Positions 27,687 through 36,794 of a DNA stretch of 64,000 nt are shown here, in pieces. The notes beneath the pieces were generated by a model. That model searched no databases. It saw only the letters and a program-made list of their open reading frames with translations, and was not told the DNA's origin. This stretch comes from a plasmid. Numbering within the stretch: the first letter of the stretch is position 1; every line of letters starts with the position of its first letter. Both the position numbers and the translations under genes were made by a program. The DNA lies in the sequence record NZ_CP104305.1; one strand, written 5' to 3'.

Positions 27687-28710
27687 TAGCTGTCATGAGT
27701 GATTTGTTCCAGTATGCCACCAAGGTCTCTTTCATAGCACCAAACAAGTAATTTTCGACATTGTTAATTTTTTTACTGTCAGAACGTAAAACGTTAAAAA
27801 ACCGGCGCATAGTCTTGTTGATCATTTCTTGGCACTGCGGATCATCTAGAACAATCGTTGTTCCTTGATGTTCCCTTTCTACAGCCTTTTTGGCATTTAG
27901 GATAATACCCAGGAACCGATGCATCTGTTTTGGAGAATTGCACCATAGCCCAAGAAGTTCTATCCCTTCTCTGTTGAGAAAGAGGCCACCTGTTGCTGTT
28001 TCAGGCAAATAATCTTTGGCGTTTTGGACAAGGTCTTGATTTTGTTTTCGCAGAAGTTCAGGCGAATATTGGTTCGTGGAAAAATCCAGTTTCTCTGTCT
28101 CTTTATTGTCTCTAGTATTTATCTCTAAGTCTTTATATAGATTGTGTGTAGATTTTACACTTCCGTGTTTATCAAGGGATTTGGCGGTGTTTTGAATCTT
28201 TTTATCAGGAAGTGTAAATTTTACACTTCCGCGTGTAGCAAGGGATTGAACAGTATTTCGCGGTGGTGTAGATTTTACACTTCCGCGTGTATCAAGGGAT
28301 TTACTTGTTTTTGGAAGTAAATATGCGTCTGTCGCATCAATTTGTAAATTTGCAAGATATAGCCTATTAGGTTCGTTTCTCCCAGTTTTTGGATTAAACC
28401 CTCTTTTTTGTTGATAAAGTAAATTAGCCTCTTCAAGCTCATTTTTGGTATGAACAACTGTTTTGTTGCTAACGTTCAACAATTTTTGCAACTCTTTGTT
28501 TGTAAAAATAAAAAAGACGTTACCGTTCTCATCAACCCAATTGTTCTTTAGGGAAGCCTCTAAGCGATCTTTCAATACCATGTAGGCCGCTTTAGCTTGC
28601 AAACTCAAACTTGTGTATTGTTTTCCGTAGAACAAAACTTTTGGAAATTGAAAATATAGATTCCCGTAAACAGAATTCGCTTGATAAAAATTAAAATTGT
28701 CTGGCATCAT
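27661..28710 (-). CDS. repA: theta-replication initiator, RepA_N family
   Basis: N-terminus FNFYQANSVYGNLYFQFPKVLFYGKQYTSLSLQAKAAYMVLKDRL...NNWVDENGNVFFIFTNKEL matches the RepA_N signature. Three internal protein repeats (TRGSVKST / TRGSVKFT / KHGSVKST) are encoded by DNA iterons. Confidence 0.8.
   Translation of the reverse strand: MMPDNFNFYQANSVYGNLYFQFPKVLFYGKQYTSLSLQAKAAYMVLKDRLEASLKNNWVDENGNVFFIFTNKELQKLLNVSNKTVVHTKNELEEANLLYQQKRGFNPKTGRNEPNRLYLANLQIDATDAYLLPKTSKSLDTRGSVKSTPPRNTVQSLATRGSVKFTLPDKKIQNTAKSLDKHGSVKSTHNLYKDLEINTRDNKETEKLDFSTNQYSPELLRKQNQDLVQNAKDYLPETATGGLFLNREGIELLGLWCNSPKQMHRFLGIILNAKKAVEREHQGTTIVLDDPQCQEMINKTMRRFFNVLRSDSKKINNVENYLFGAMKETLVAYWNKSLMTANGGDPDEF
28130..28320. 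repeat. iterons (about 3.5 x ~60-bp direct repeats) inside repA, a probable origin of replication
   Basis: Repeated tagattttacacttccg(c/t)gt(g/t)ta(t/g)caagggattt units; in-gene iterons are characteristic of RepA_N plasmids. Confidence 0.65.
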
Positions 28711-28780
28711 ATGTTGACCTCCGATTTTGTGAATGAATGCAGTAAATGATAATGTGCCGGAGTCAGTGCGTAGCTTTTAT

Positions 28781-28945
28781 ATATAAATATAGTGCAACAC
28801 AGCCTGGCCCAATAGTCAAATAAACTTTTACGTTTAACGTTAAAGGTTTAAATTTAAAAGATTTAAATTTAAACACAAAACTTTAAACGTAAAAAATTAA
28901 ACGTTAAACATTTGCGTTTAACGTTTAACGTGTTAAAATATATAC
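28781..28945. repeat. iterated centromere-like site (multiple TTTAAAC/GTTTAAC motifs) upstream of parA
   Basis: At least 8 copies of acgtttaa/tttaaacg/tttaaat spaced ~10-20 bp apart, immediately 5' of parA. Confidence 0.45.
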
Positions 28946-28957
28946 GAGGTGATTTCA

Positions 28958-29746
28958 ATGGCAAAGAAAATTTTGATGTATAGCATGAAAGGCGGGATTG
29001 GAAAAACAACGATCCAAAGCATGAACGCCTGGAATCTGGCAAAAGATGGTCACAACGTATTAGCAGTTGATCTTGATCCGCAAGCGAACTTAACTAATAT
29101 TCTATTTAATACTTTTGGTCATAAAGAACCTCAAAGGGGGTTATTCGATTCGTTTGTATCTGGAGATTTGACAACCGCACGGGTTCATTTGAGTGAAAAT
29201 CTTGATTTGCTAGTATCTGACTGGTCAATGAGCTTATTTGTTAGTAAGTTCGAATCCATTGATACAAAAACGCGAAATTTGATTCTGCGAGAATTACTAA
29301 AACCTTTTGAAAATCAGTATGAATATATTCTGCTTGATGTTCCGCCAACAATTAGCACACTTACGAACAATGCCGTTTTGGCGAGTGACTTTGTTGCAAT
29401 TGTCTTGCAAACGCAGCAAGCAAGTTTCGACGGAGCTTTAAAGACAGTAACTTACTTAAACCAATTACGTAATGATTATAGTGCTGACTTTTCAATGATT
29501 GGTGTTGTTGTCTATCTTTTGAAACGTAGTAGTGTTACAGAAAATGATATTGTGAAGACGGCTAAGGAAACGTTTGGAGATTTGCTTTTCACCAACCAGG
29601 TTTTAAATCGAGAAAGAGTTAAAAGATGGGCAATGAATGGAATAACTGATAACGCAAAAGATGTCAATGACCGGAATGTTCATTCTATGTTCAGCTTTGT
29701 AACGGCAGAGACTCTACGACGTATTTCAGAAATGGAGAAGGAGTAA
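28958..29746 (+). CDS. parA: ParA/Soj-family partition ATPase
   Basis: Deviant Walker A KGGIGKTT; ~260 aa; the ATG at 28958 has RBS gaggtg (the track start at 28949 is a GTG inside the RBS). Confidence 0.8.
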   Translation: MAKKILMYSMKGGIGKTTIQSMNAWNLAKDGHNVLAVDLDPQANLTNILFNTFGHKEPQRGLFDSFVSGDLTTARVHLSENLDLLVSDWSMSLFVSKFESIDTKTRNLILRELLKPFENQYEYILLDVPPTISTLTNNAVLASDFVAIVLQTQQASFDGALKTVTYLNQLRNDYSADFSMIGVVVYLLKRSSVTENDIVKTAKETFGDLLFTNQVLNRERVKRWAMNGITDNAKDVNDRNVHSMFSFVTAETLRRISEMEKE

Positions 29747-29750
29747 GTAG

Positions 29751-29984
29751 ATGGCTAATAATTATGATGATCAACTTGCAGCTTTAGCAAAAAAAGTTGA
29801 GAGTAAAGTTCAGGGCAGCAATATCAGTCCCTATTCTCTTCATAAAGAACAAACAAAGTCTGTACAAGTTCGGTTAACTCAATGGAAAAAGCTAAAAATG
29901 ATGAGTGTTGAAAAAGAAATTAAGCTCGTTGATTTGGTGGGTCAAATGATTGACTTTGCGATGCAATCAGAAAAATTCAAGTAG
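29751..29984 (+). CDS. small partition DNA-binding protein (ParR/ParG-like)
   Basis: 77-aa ORF 4 bp after parA; size and position typical of the centromere-binding partner. Confidence 0.45.
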   Translation: MANNYDDQLAALAKKVESKVQGSNISPYSLHKEQTKSVQVRLTQWKKLKMMSVEKEIKLVDLVGQMIDFAMQSEKFK

Positions 29985-30333
29985 TGTTTGTTGGCATTGC
30001 TCCATGTCCATGAATTAGATCATTTTGAATGTATTTGTCAGGACAAATTAAGTATCTTGTATCTCGATATTCAATACTTAGGTTAGAATGTTTCTTTAAA
30101 GAAGCAAGATAATGCTCATACACGCCTTTATCATGTTTGAGACAAGCAATCTCATAGCTTTTGCTCAATCTTGCTTTGAACCGCTGCATGTAGATGAAGA
30201 ATGAGTAGCAGTCTTCAAAGTGGTTATCGACCACCACAAGCCAATAACGAGTGTGAGGCGCACGGGTGAAGTAATGATCGTACTGTGACAGCATCGATTT
30301 AATGCCAAGCCTTAGTTCGGTTTCCTTATCCAT
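29977..30333 (-). CDS. hypothetical protein downstream of the Y-family polymerase
   Basis: ORF in the track is 153 aa but its first 35 codons overlap the polymerase. The internal Met (MDKETELRL...) at 30333 sits just after the polymerase stop. Confidence 0.35.
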   Translation of the reverse strand: MDKETELRLGIKSMLSQYDHYFTRAPHTRYWLVVVDNHFEDCYSFFIYMQRFKARLSKSYEIACLKHDKGVYEHYLASLKKHSNLSIEYRDTRYLICPDKYIQNDLIHGHGAMPTNTT

Positions 30334-31618
30334 GATGCCCACCAACCAATCCGGCGCGATCAATTGCGGTCGCGCCTTTTTCTTTGGAGTAGCCCCGCAC
30401 AATTGCTTTGTAGCCATATAGTTGACGAATCTTGTCAATTGTTTGATCTAACAAAACGTTTGCTTCCTCCTTCTCTGCTGATTCAAATAGACTAAGCTGC
30501 ATCGAGCTTGCTTGACTGATGCGATTAACACGAACTGAAACATTTCTGACGGCATGGCCGTTCCACTTACTATGGAAGAGATAGCGAGTGGCGCGAATCA
30601 AATCGTCAGTGCGGTTTGTGGGATCAATCTTCATTTGCGCACCGAAACCGGAGGTGCCTGCTTCTTCTGCATCAGCATAACCAATCCCAACGCTAACCAC
30701 TTCACCTTGTACTTGATGGTGACGAAGTCGGCCAGCAACCTGATCAGCAATCTCGCTAAGTACGACTTCAATCTCCCTTGCCTGCGTGTAATCACGCATG
30801 AGTACCTGACTATTGCCATAGCCTTTGTTCTCGGCTCGTGGCAAATAGCGACGAGTCAAATCCGAGTAATCAATACCCCACGAATGGAAATACAAGGCAT
30901 CGCCGAGAACGCCGAAGCGTTGATGTAATAAAAGCCGATCGGTGTGTGCAAGATCATAGAGGCTGTGAATGCCTATTGCATTAAGCTTTTTTGCGGTACG
31001 GCTGCCGATTGACCAGAAATCGGCTAAGTCATGTAGTTGCCATATGGTTTCGGGTATCCGGTCGTAAGTCCAAGTGGCTTGCCACGGAGCGGTCTTCTTG
31101 GCTTCGTTATCGAGAGCCAGCTTTGCCAGTAGAGGATTCTGACCAATGCCAACGGTTGTGATGATGCCAAACTGATCAAACACCTTCTTCTGTATTTGGG
31201 TAGCAATTTCTTGATTGGTACCGAAGAGATTGTGTGAGTGGGTGACGTCAATAAAGGATTCATCAATGGAATAGGGGTACCAATGAGCATCGTCAGTAAA
31301 CTGGCGATAAATACGATTAATCCCGTAATTCTTGCGAATGTAATCCGCCATCCGTGGTTCGGCCAGTTCAATCTTCATGTCGTCCCGCAATTGAAAGCGG
31401 CGCGTGCTCAAGCCAACATGGTAACGTTTCTTGCAGTTGGGACTCGCAGCTAACACCAGGCCGCCAGGAGAATCGCCTTTGCTAAGCACGGCAATATCAG
31501 CTGCCAACGGGTGAATGCCGCGTCGAATGGCCTCAACGGAGGCGTAAAAGGACTTGCAGTCAATACACATGATGTCGTGTACCGGTAGTCTCGTTGGATC
31601 ATCTAGTGGCGTGGTCAT
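30326..31618 (-). CDS. Y-family (UmuC/ImpB/DinB-like) translesion DNA polymerase
   Basis: N-terminal MCIDCKSFYASVE (catalytic Asp + FYAS motif), ~430 aa; the ATG at 31618 overlaps the upstream gene's TGA (ATGA). Confidence 0.8.
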   Translation of the reverse strand: MTTPLDDPTRLPVHDIMCIDCKSFYASVEAIRRGIHPLAADIAVLSKGDSPGGLVLAASPNCKKRYHVGLSTRRFQLRDDMKIELAEPRMADYIRKNYGINRIYRQFTDDAHWYPYSIDESFIDVTHSHNLFGTNQEIATQIQKKVFDQFGIITTVGIGQNPLLAKLALDNEAKKTAPWQATWTYDRIPETIWQLHDLADFWSIGSRTAKKLNAIGIHSLYDLAHTDRLLLHQRFGVLGDALYFHSWGIDYSDLTRRYLPRAENKGYGNSQVLMRDYTQAREIEVVLSEIADQVAGRLRHHQVQGEVVSVGIGYADAEEAGTSGFGAQMKIDPTNRTDDLIRATRYLFHSKWNGHAVRNVSVRVNRISQASSMQLSLFESAEKEEANVLLDQTIDKIRQLYGYKAIVRGYSKEKGATAIDRAGLVGGHHG

Positions 31619-31998
31619 GCTAACGCCCACCACCGATCAGGATTGAGCAAAGCTACGTTACGAATATCAGCTGCATTGACTGATTGGGTGTCGCCGTTCT
31701 TGAGTTGTAAATAAACCTGATCGTCCCAATGACCAATAACGGCGCCCTCAATATCTGGTAGCAACCGATCATCGTAGGGTGTGCCAATTTGAACGGCTAC
31801 AATTTTTGCATTTTGCCAGGCATCTTCAAGGATGTCGCTAATGGTTTCTTGAGACTGTTCTGGCTTTGGTTCGACAGGACGTTCAGAAATGGAGGCTTTC
31901 TCCATATAGGCAGAATGATCACTGAGAATCCAACCGAGCCATTTCTTCATGCAACGGTCAGGATAAAGCCACTTTTCTCGTGGCACGTTATTTTCCAT
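31615..31998 (-). CDS. YolD-like protein (UmuD functional analogue) translationally coupled to the Y-family polymerase
   Basis: 127 aa from the RBS-supported ATG at 31998. Pattern W...W...RP...ILEDAWQ...V.VQI....RLLPDIEGAVIGHWDDQVYLQLKNG...IRNVALL resembles the YolD family. Upstream position and ATGA coupling mirror yolD-uvrX. Confidence 0.45.
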   Translation of the reverse strand: MENNVPREKWLYPDRCMKKWLGWILSDHSAYMEKASISERPVEPKPEQSQETISDILEDAWQNAKIVAVQIGTPYDDRLLPDIEGAVIGHWDDQVYLQLKNGDTQSVNAADIRNVALLNPDRWWALA

Positions 31999-32191
31999 AA
32001 TATTAGCCTTCCTTGTTAGTTTTATAGCCATTATACAAACGCACGTTCTTAATAGCAAACATACGTTTGCATAAAAACACAGGACGTTTTATACTGAAAT
32101 TGAAAGACAACAGTAAAAAAGACATGTAGGATGACATGTCTTTTGCTGAAACCATGCTATTAATTGAATCTCATCTTGAGGAGGAAGCAGA

Positions 32192-32506
32192 ATGGATCGC
32201 GAAGAATTTGAAACCTATTTGAATGCTAATAGTCGTGTGGTAGCTGTTTTCCGTAGCCAAGCGCTAGCGTATCAACACAGTAAAAATCGTCAGCGTGCGG
32301 CATCAAAGCGTTGGAGTGAAACAGCCGTAGCAAGTGCTGTCGATAAGATGGTCAGTCAGTTTATTGACAACGTGTATGATAAGCTAAAAGCTAATATTAA
32401 AGAGAACAAGTTTCAGCCTTATGAAAGCTGGGTTGACTTTATTGAGACTAACGAGGTGCTCGATAACTTGGAAGACACGGTTGCTGAAATAGAGTTTGAA
32501 GAGTGA
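32192..32506 (+). CDS. hypothetical protein
   Basis: 104-aa ORF. Confidence 0.35.
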   Translation: MDREEFETYLNANSRVVAVFRSQALAYQHSKNRQRAASKRWSETAVASAVDKMVSQFIDNVYDKLKANIKENKFQPYESWVDFIETNEVLDNLEDTVAEIEFEE

Positions 32507-32520
32507 TACTAAATGATGCT

Positions 32521-32895
32521 GAAAGAGGCATAGATTACAATTATGAAGGTACTACATAAAAGGTGGCTTGCTCACTGCGTGCCTCAATTGAGACTCCTAC
32601 GGAATCGTTATAGCGTGACCGTAGGTCTGCTATAATGGTACGGTAATTACCTTCGGGGCAACGGTGAAGTTCATATCTAATAGAAATATGGGAGCGGTCT
32701 GAGGTCGCGGTGATGTGTTGAATCGTGTGGTGTGGCATAAGCTCTGTCTGAGCTCAACTAACGTTATAATAGCCATGAGGTCTTTCCTTCTTTCTAGATG
32801 GCATGTTGTTTAAACACCATTTTAGCAAGAGGGAGTTGGCCGTTCTTCACATTCCGTGGATGGTAACTTTAATTATGCAATCTAGAATTAATCTT
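32521..32895 (-). mobile_element. IS30-family remnant (internally deleted; retains one terminal IR)
   Basis: The 65-aa ORF 32541..32738 equals the N-terminus of the 306-aa IS30-family transposases at 52963 and 56819 (MxHHTIQxIxAT...ISIRxELHRCPEG), fused to a later transposase segment. 32845-32895 matches the IS end ggtaactttaattatgcaatctag. Confidence 0.6.
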
Positions 32896-32951
32896 TAACC
32901 CTAAATAATTTGAATTGAATAACAATTGATATCCAAAATGAGGTAAAAATC

Positions 32952-34955
32952 ATGGATAATACAAATATATTTGAAAAAGTTGATACATCAATTAAAGAAA
33001 ATCCTAATTATAAAAAAATGATAGCGTCTTTAAAATGCTATCTGTCAGGCAAAAGTATCTCGTCATTTATCATTGATAGACCACTTTCTGGTGCACAAAA
33101 AGATTATCAGTACGAGTATAAGACGGGATTTATGATTCTTGTTCCGGGACTTAAACTTCTCTTTTCAACAATCGAAGAAATTGATACAGAAGAATTTAAG
33201 AATTTCAGGCTTGACTTTTTAGACGATATAAATTCATTGTCTGACAAATATAAACATAAAGAAATATTGGGAAGAACCAGATCCTGGCAAGCACTAACCG
33301 ATAAGATTGATATATCGAAGCTAACTAGCAAAGCAGATCCTTGGCAAAAGTATTCCCTAAATAATACTAACAAACGAAAAGCAGAGCTATTAATCACACT
33401 ACTCACTGGCTCAGTTAATGACCCGCATAATATAAAAGTTGAAGCACCCAGAGACCTTCTAGACGCTATTAAACATCGTATAACGTTGTTTGATGCTGAT
33501 CAAACACGTTTCATATACAATGATTTGAGTAAAAAGGTCTTATCAATACAAGGGCTCGCAGGAACAGGTAAAACAGAACTATTGCTACATAAGCTATATG
33601 ATATTTACGCACATCAAGACACGGCGAACACTCGAGTTGTTTTTACATGCTTTAATAAGATTTTGGCTAATGAAATGAAGAATAGAATACCTGCATTTTT
33701 TGACTTTATGAAAGTTGATGAGCAGATTCAATGGGGTAAGCGTTTGTGGGTTATGCGAAGTTGGGGATCTTTGGCAAATCCTGAAGAAGGAATATATAGT
33801 CATATTTGCTATAAATATAATCTTCCATTTAAACGCTATTCGAATGGAATTAAATTCGATGAATTGTGTACAGAAGCAATATCGATGTTAGAAAAAATTC
33901 CAAATCTAGAGCCATGCTTTGATTACACACTGATTGACGAGGGGCAAGACTTTGATGATTCATTTTTTAGGCTATGCTCGTTAGTTACTAGTAAGCAAGT
34001 AATTATTGCAAGTGATATCTTTCAAAATATCTTCGACAAGAGATCCTCGCAAACAAGCAATCCGGATTTTACACTTAACAAAGTATATCGAACCGATCCC
34101 AAGACTTTTATGTTTGCACAACTCTTTGGATTCGGTGTTGAAGAACCAGTAGGAGTAAACTGGCTAGAGGATAACACTTGGCGAACGTGCGGTTATTCTT
34201 TTGATGTAAAGGGTACAGAGTATACCTTTACAAGAGAGCCGTTGACACGTTTTGAAGATATTGGAAACTGTAATGAAACGCCGTTGATTCTTAGAGGGGC
34301 AGACGACAAAAAGTCTACAATAGAACATGTTGTATCAATTATTCAAGAAATTATTGATCAAAATCCAAGAGTTGAACCAGATGATATTGGAATAGTGTTT
34401 CTATCCGGAAGTAAACAAGACTATGAACAAATAAACAGGTTAGCGATTGAAATTAACAAAAAATACGATTGGTTATGTCAAAAAGGATATGAAACAAAAT
34501 CAAGAGAGTCAAACAGACTTTTTATAAGCAATAGGAATAATGTAAAAGGGTTGGAATTTCCATTTGTTATTTGCGTTATTAATGAAAAAATAGAACAGGA
34601 CTATATAGCTAGAGATTCAATTTATATGGCATTAACACGCTCTTTCATAACGTCATATCTTGTCTACTCACCAGATAATCAACAGCTAATGAGTCAATAT
34701 GATAATCTTTATAACCAGATTATAAAAACAGGAAAGGCCACCGTTTCAAAGCCAAAAATAACTATAAGTGAAACCGATATATCAAATCAAACAAATAAAA
34801 CACAACAACAGGTAGCAGATTCTGTTTTTAAGGATCTTCATATAACAGATAGCGCTAAAAAGGGACGACTGAGTAAGGTAATATCAGTACTAGCAGGCAA
34901 AAGCACTGATTACGCTGCGATTAGGTCAATAGTCGAAAAAAATAAAGATTTTTAA
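32952..34955 (+). CDS. UvrD-like superfamily-1 helicase with ~190-aa N-terminal extension (possible PD-(D/E)xK / NERD-like nuclease)
   Basis: Helicase motifs I GLAGTGKTELL, Ia VVFTCFNKILANEM, II LIDEGQDFDD, VI-like VKGLEFPFVICV. N-terminus has IDRP...YEYK (D...ExK). The gene is markedly AT-rich compared with its flanks. Confidence 0.6.
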   Translation: MDNTNIFEKVDTSIKENPNYKKMIASLKCYLSGKSISSFIIDRPLSGAQKDYQYEYKTGFMILVPGLKLLFSTIEEIDTEEFKNFRLDFLDDINSLSDKYKHKEILGRTRSWQALTDKIDISKLTSKADPWQKYSLNNTNKRKAELLITLLTGSVNDPHNIKVEAPRDLLDAIKHRITLFDADQTRFIYNDLSKKVLSIQGLAGTGKTELLLHKLYDIYAHQDTANTRVVFTCFNKILANEMKNRIPAFFDFMKVDEQIQWGKRLWVMRSWGSLANPEEGIYSHICYKYNLPFKRYSNGIKFDELCTEAISMLEKIPNLEPCFDYTLIDEGQDFDDSFFRLCSLVTSKQVIIASDIFQNIFDKRSSQTSNPDFTLNKVYRTDPKTFMFAQLFGFGVEEPVGVNWLEDNTWRTCGYSFDVKGTEYTFTREPLTRFEDIGNCNETPLILRGADDKKSTIEHVVSIIQEIIDQNPRVEPDDIGIVFLSGSKQDYEQINRLAIEINKKYDWLCQKGYETKSRESNRLFISNRNNVKGLEFPFVICVINEKIEQDYIARDSIYMALTRSFITSYLVYSPDNQQLMSQYDNLYNQIIKTGKATVSKPKITISETDISNQTNKTQQQVADSVFKDLHITDSAKKGRLSKVISVLAGKSTDYAAIRSIVEKNKDF

Positions 34956-34968
34956 AAAAGGAAACAAA

Positions 34969-35637
34969 ATGAAAGAAAAGAAATTATTAGAATTCATAAT
35001 GCCTTTACAGGTGGAGAATCACTTAATAATTCGATGTAAACGTGATGTCATTATTCTGTTGTTAGAAACGATTCAAAGTATTTCTCAATCAGATTTACTT
35101 AGAACTAGGAAGAACTCCTGCAAGAATAGCCGCACAAGTGGAATCATGTACATAATTAGCTCCCGAATGAAAAGATTCTTTTATTGTCGCAAAGATGGTG
35201 GAATAACATCTATTGCATTTCCTTTTAGTTTCACGGAGGATCAATATAGAATTCAATTTGTGGATTCTTTAACAAGACAAGAGATGACCCCACAACTTAC
35301 CTCAAGTTTAATTTCACTATTAAACGATTGTGTTTTTGATTTTGATCATTACAATCCAGATGATATAGAGAGTCAAGATTTAAGTGAAATAGATATTAGC
35401 AATCCCTCGTCGAAAGTTTGGGCAATCATGCAGGAGCTTATTTTATATGATGCCGGTTATTTAAGATATGACATTGATTCTGAGCAAGAGGATAAAGATA
35501 GGCACCCATTAAATCACTTGGACATTAACTTTGATAATGCTTCCACTTTCAAGCTCGGATTACACAGTGAAATCTATATTGAAGAATTACAAAATATAGT
35601 CGATAATTCCACCAATACTCGATATTTTGAGCAATGA
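34969..35637 (+). CDS. unknown 222-aa protein, downstream partner of the helicase
   Basis: Starts 14 bp after the helicase stop; same AT-rich composition; no recognisable motif. Confidence 0.45.
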   Translation: MKEKKLLEFIMPLQVENHLIIRCKRDVIILLLETIQSISQSDLLRTRKNSCKNSRTSGIMYIISSRMKRFFYCRKDGGITSIAFPFSFTEDQYRIQFVDSLTRQEMTPQLTSSLISLLNDCVFDFDHYNPDDIESQDLSEIDISNPSSKVWAIMQELILYDAGYLRYDIDSEQEDKDRHPLNHLDINFDNASTFKLGLHSEIYIEELQNIVDNSTNTRYFEQ

Positions 35638-35928
35638 TTGCAACACTTGGAGTGTACCCTATTGTTGCTACGTATAAAGTTAAGAAACGGTAGTACTCTC
35701 TAGTTTGTAGCGATTTCCTGATTAATTTGGCATCAAACATCATCAGGTTTAATCCCATGAGTAAAGATGATTTTGGATTATCAAAAAACAGCCAACTCTG
35801 ATAAGGTGGCTGTTTTTATTCATGTGACGTATTCACTAACTTAACAGTACTTGAACACACATTCAGATTGAGCAATAATGGGGTTAATCAGTATTCAAAA
35901 ACTTATACGCAGAAAGTAAGGACATTGA

Positions 35929-36606
35929 ATGACACATTTTGGTGAAAAACAATCAAATGATATTCAGGAACCGATTCGATATGGCTATGCACGCGTTTCG
36001 ACGCTCGGACAATCGCTTGATGATCAAATAGCACAACTAAAGACAGCTGGAGTTAGATCCGAGAATCTATTCGCAGAAAAATATACAGGAACAACCGTCC
36101 AACGTCCAAAGTTTGATAAGCTCATTGAACTAGCGGATCAAGGAGACGTTATCATCGTAACCAAACTAGATCGCTTAGCTCGTAATACTAAAGAGGCCTT
36201 AACTGTTTTAGATGATTTACAGGATCGTGGCATCAGTGTCGATGTTTTAAATTTAGGGCGCTTTGCAACCAATGAACAGGGTGAACTAACGGCGATTGCA
36301 AGATTAATGCGAACCATGCTACTGGCCTTCGCTGAAATGGAGCGCGATATGATTGTTGAACGCACACAAGCTGGTAAGGCATATGCTAAGAAACACAATC
36401 CGAATTTTAAAGAAGGGAGACCGCTGGCACGCATGACACCACAAAAAAGACATGCTTATGCGCTATTAAGAGGAACTTCGGGTGAGCGACGTCACACTTA
36501 TACCGAAGTAGCTAAGTTGACCGGCTATAGTAAATCCACTATTCAACGAATTGCTAAGCGTATTGAATCGGAGGAAATGTTTAAACAATGCAGCGAACAA
36601 GAATAA
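35929..36606 (+). CDS. serine recombinase (resolvase/invertase family)
   Basis: IRYGYARVSTLGQSLDDQ catalytic-Ser N-terminal motif; C-terminal HTH. Confidence 0.75.
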   Translation: MTHFGEKQSNDIQEPIRYGYARVSTLGQSLDDQIAQLKTAGVRSENLFAEKYTGTTVQRPKFDKLIELADQGDVIIVTKLDRLARNTKEALTVLDDLQDRGISVDVLNLGRFATNEQGELTAIARLMRTMLLAFAEMERDMIVERTQAGKAYAKKHNPNFKEGRPLARMTPQKRHAYALLRGTSGERRHTYTEVAKLTGYSKSTIQRIAKRIESEEMFKQCSEQE

Positions 36607-36794
36607 AGTTGAACATCTCAGCAAAATAGTCGGTTTTTAAACGAATCTAACAGAAATCCGACGAGAGTTCATCTCAACATTAGAAGAGCATAGGAACAGG
36701 GTTCTCACTTAACTTCTGTTCTTCGTTAACGAGTATACTCGAAAGAAATTAACCGGTATATTCGAGCTAAAACCATCAGGATATGATTTATCGA

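Noticed and set aside
28130-28945. Possible CRISPR array (regularly spaced direct repeats)
   Set aside because: The repeats at 28130-28320 are inside repA and encode repeated peptide (iterons). Those at 28781-28945 are short AT-rich motifs without unique spacers. No cas genes are nearby.
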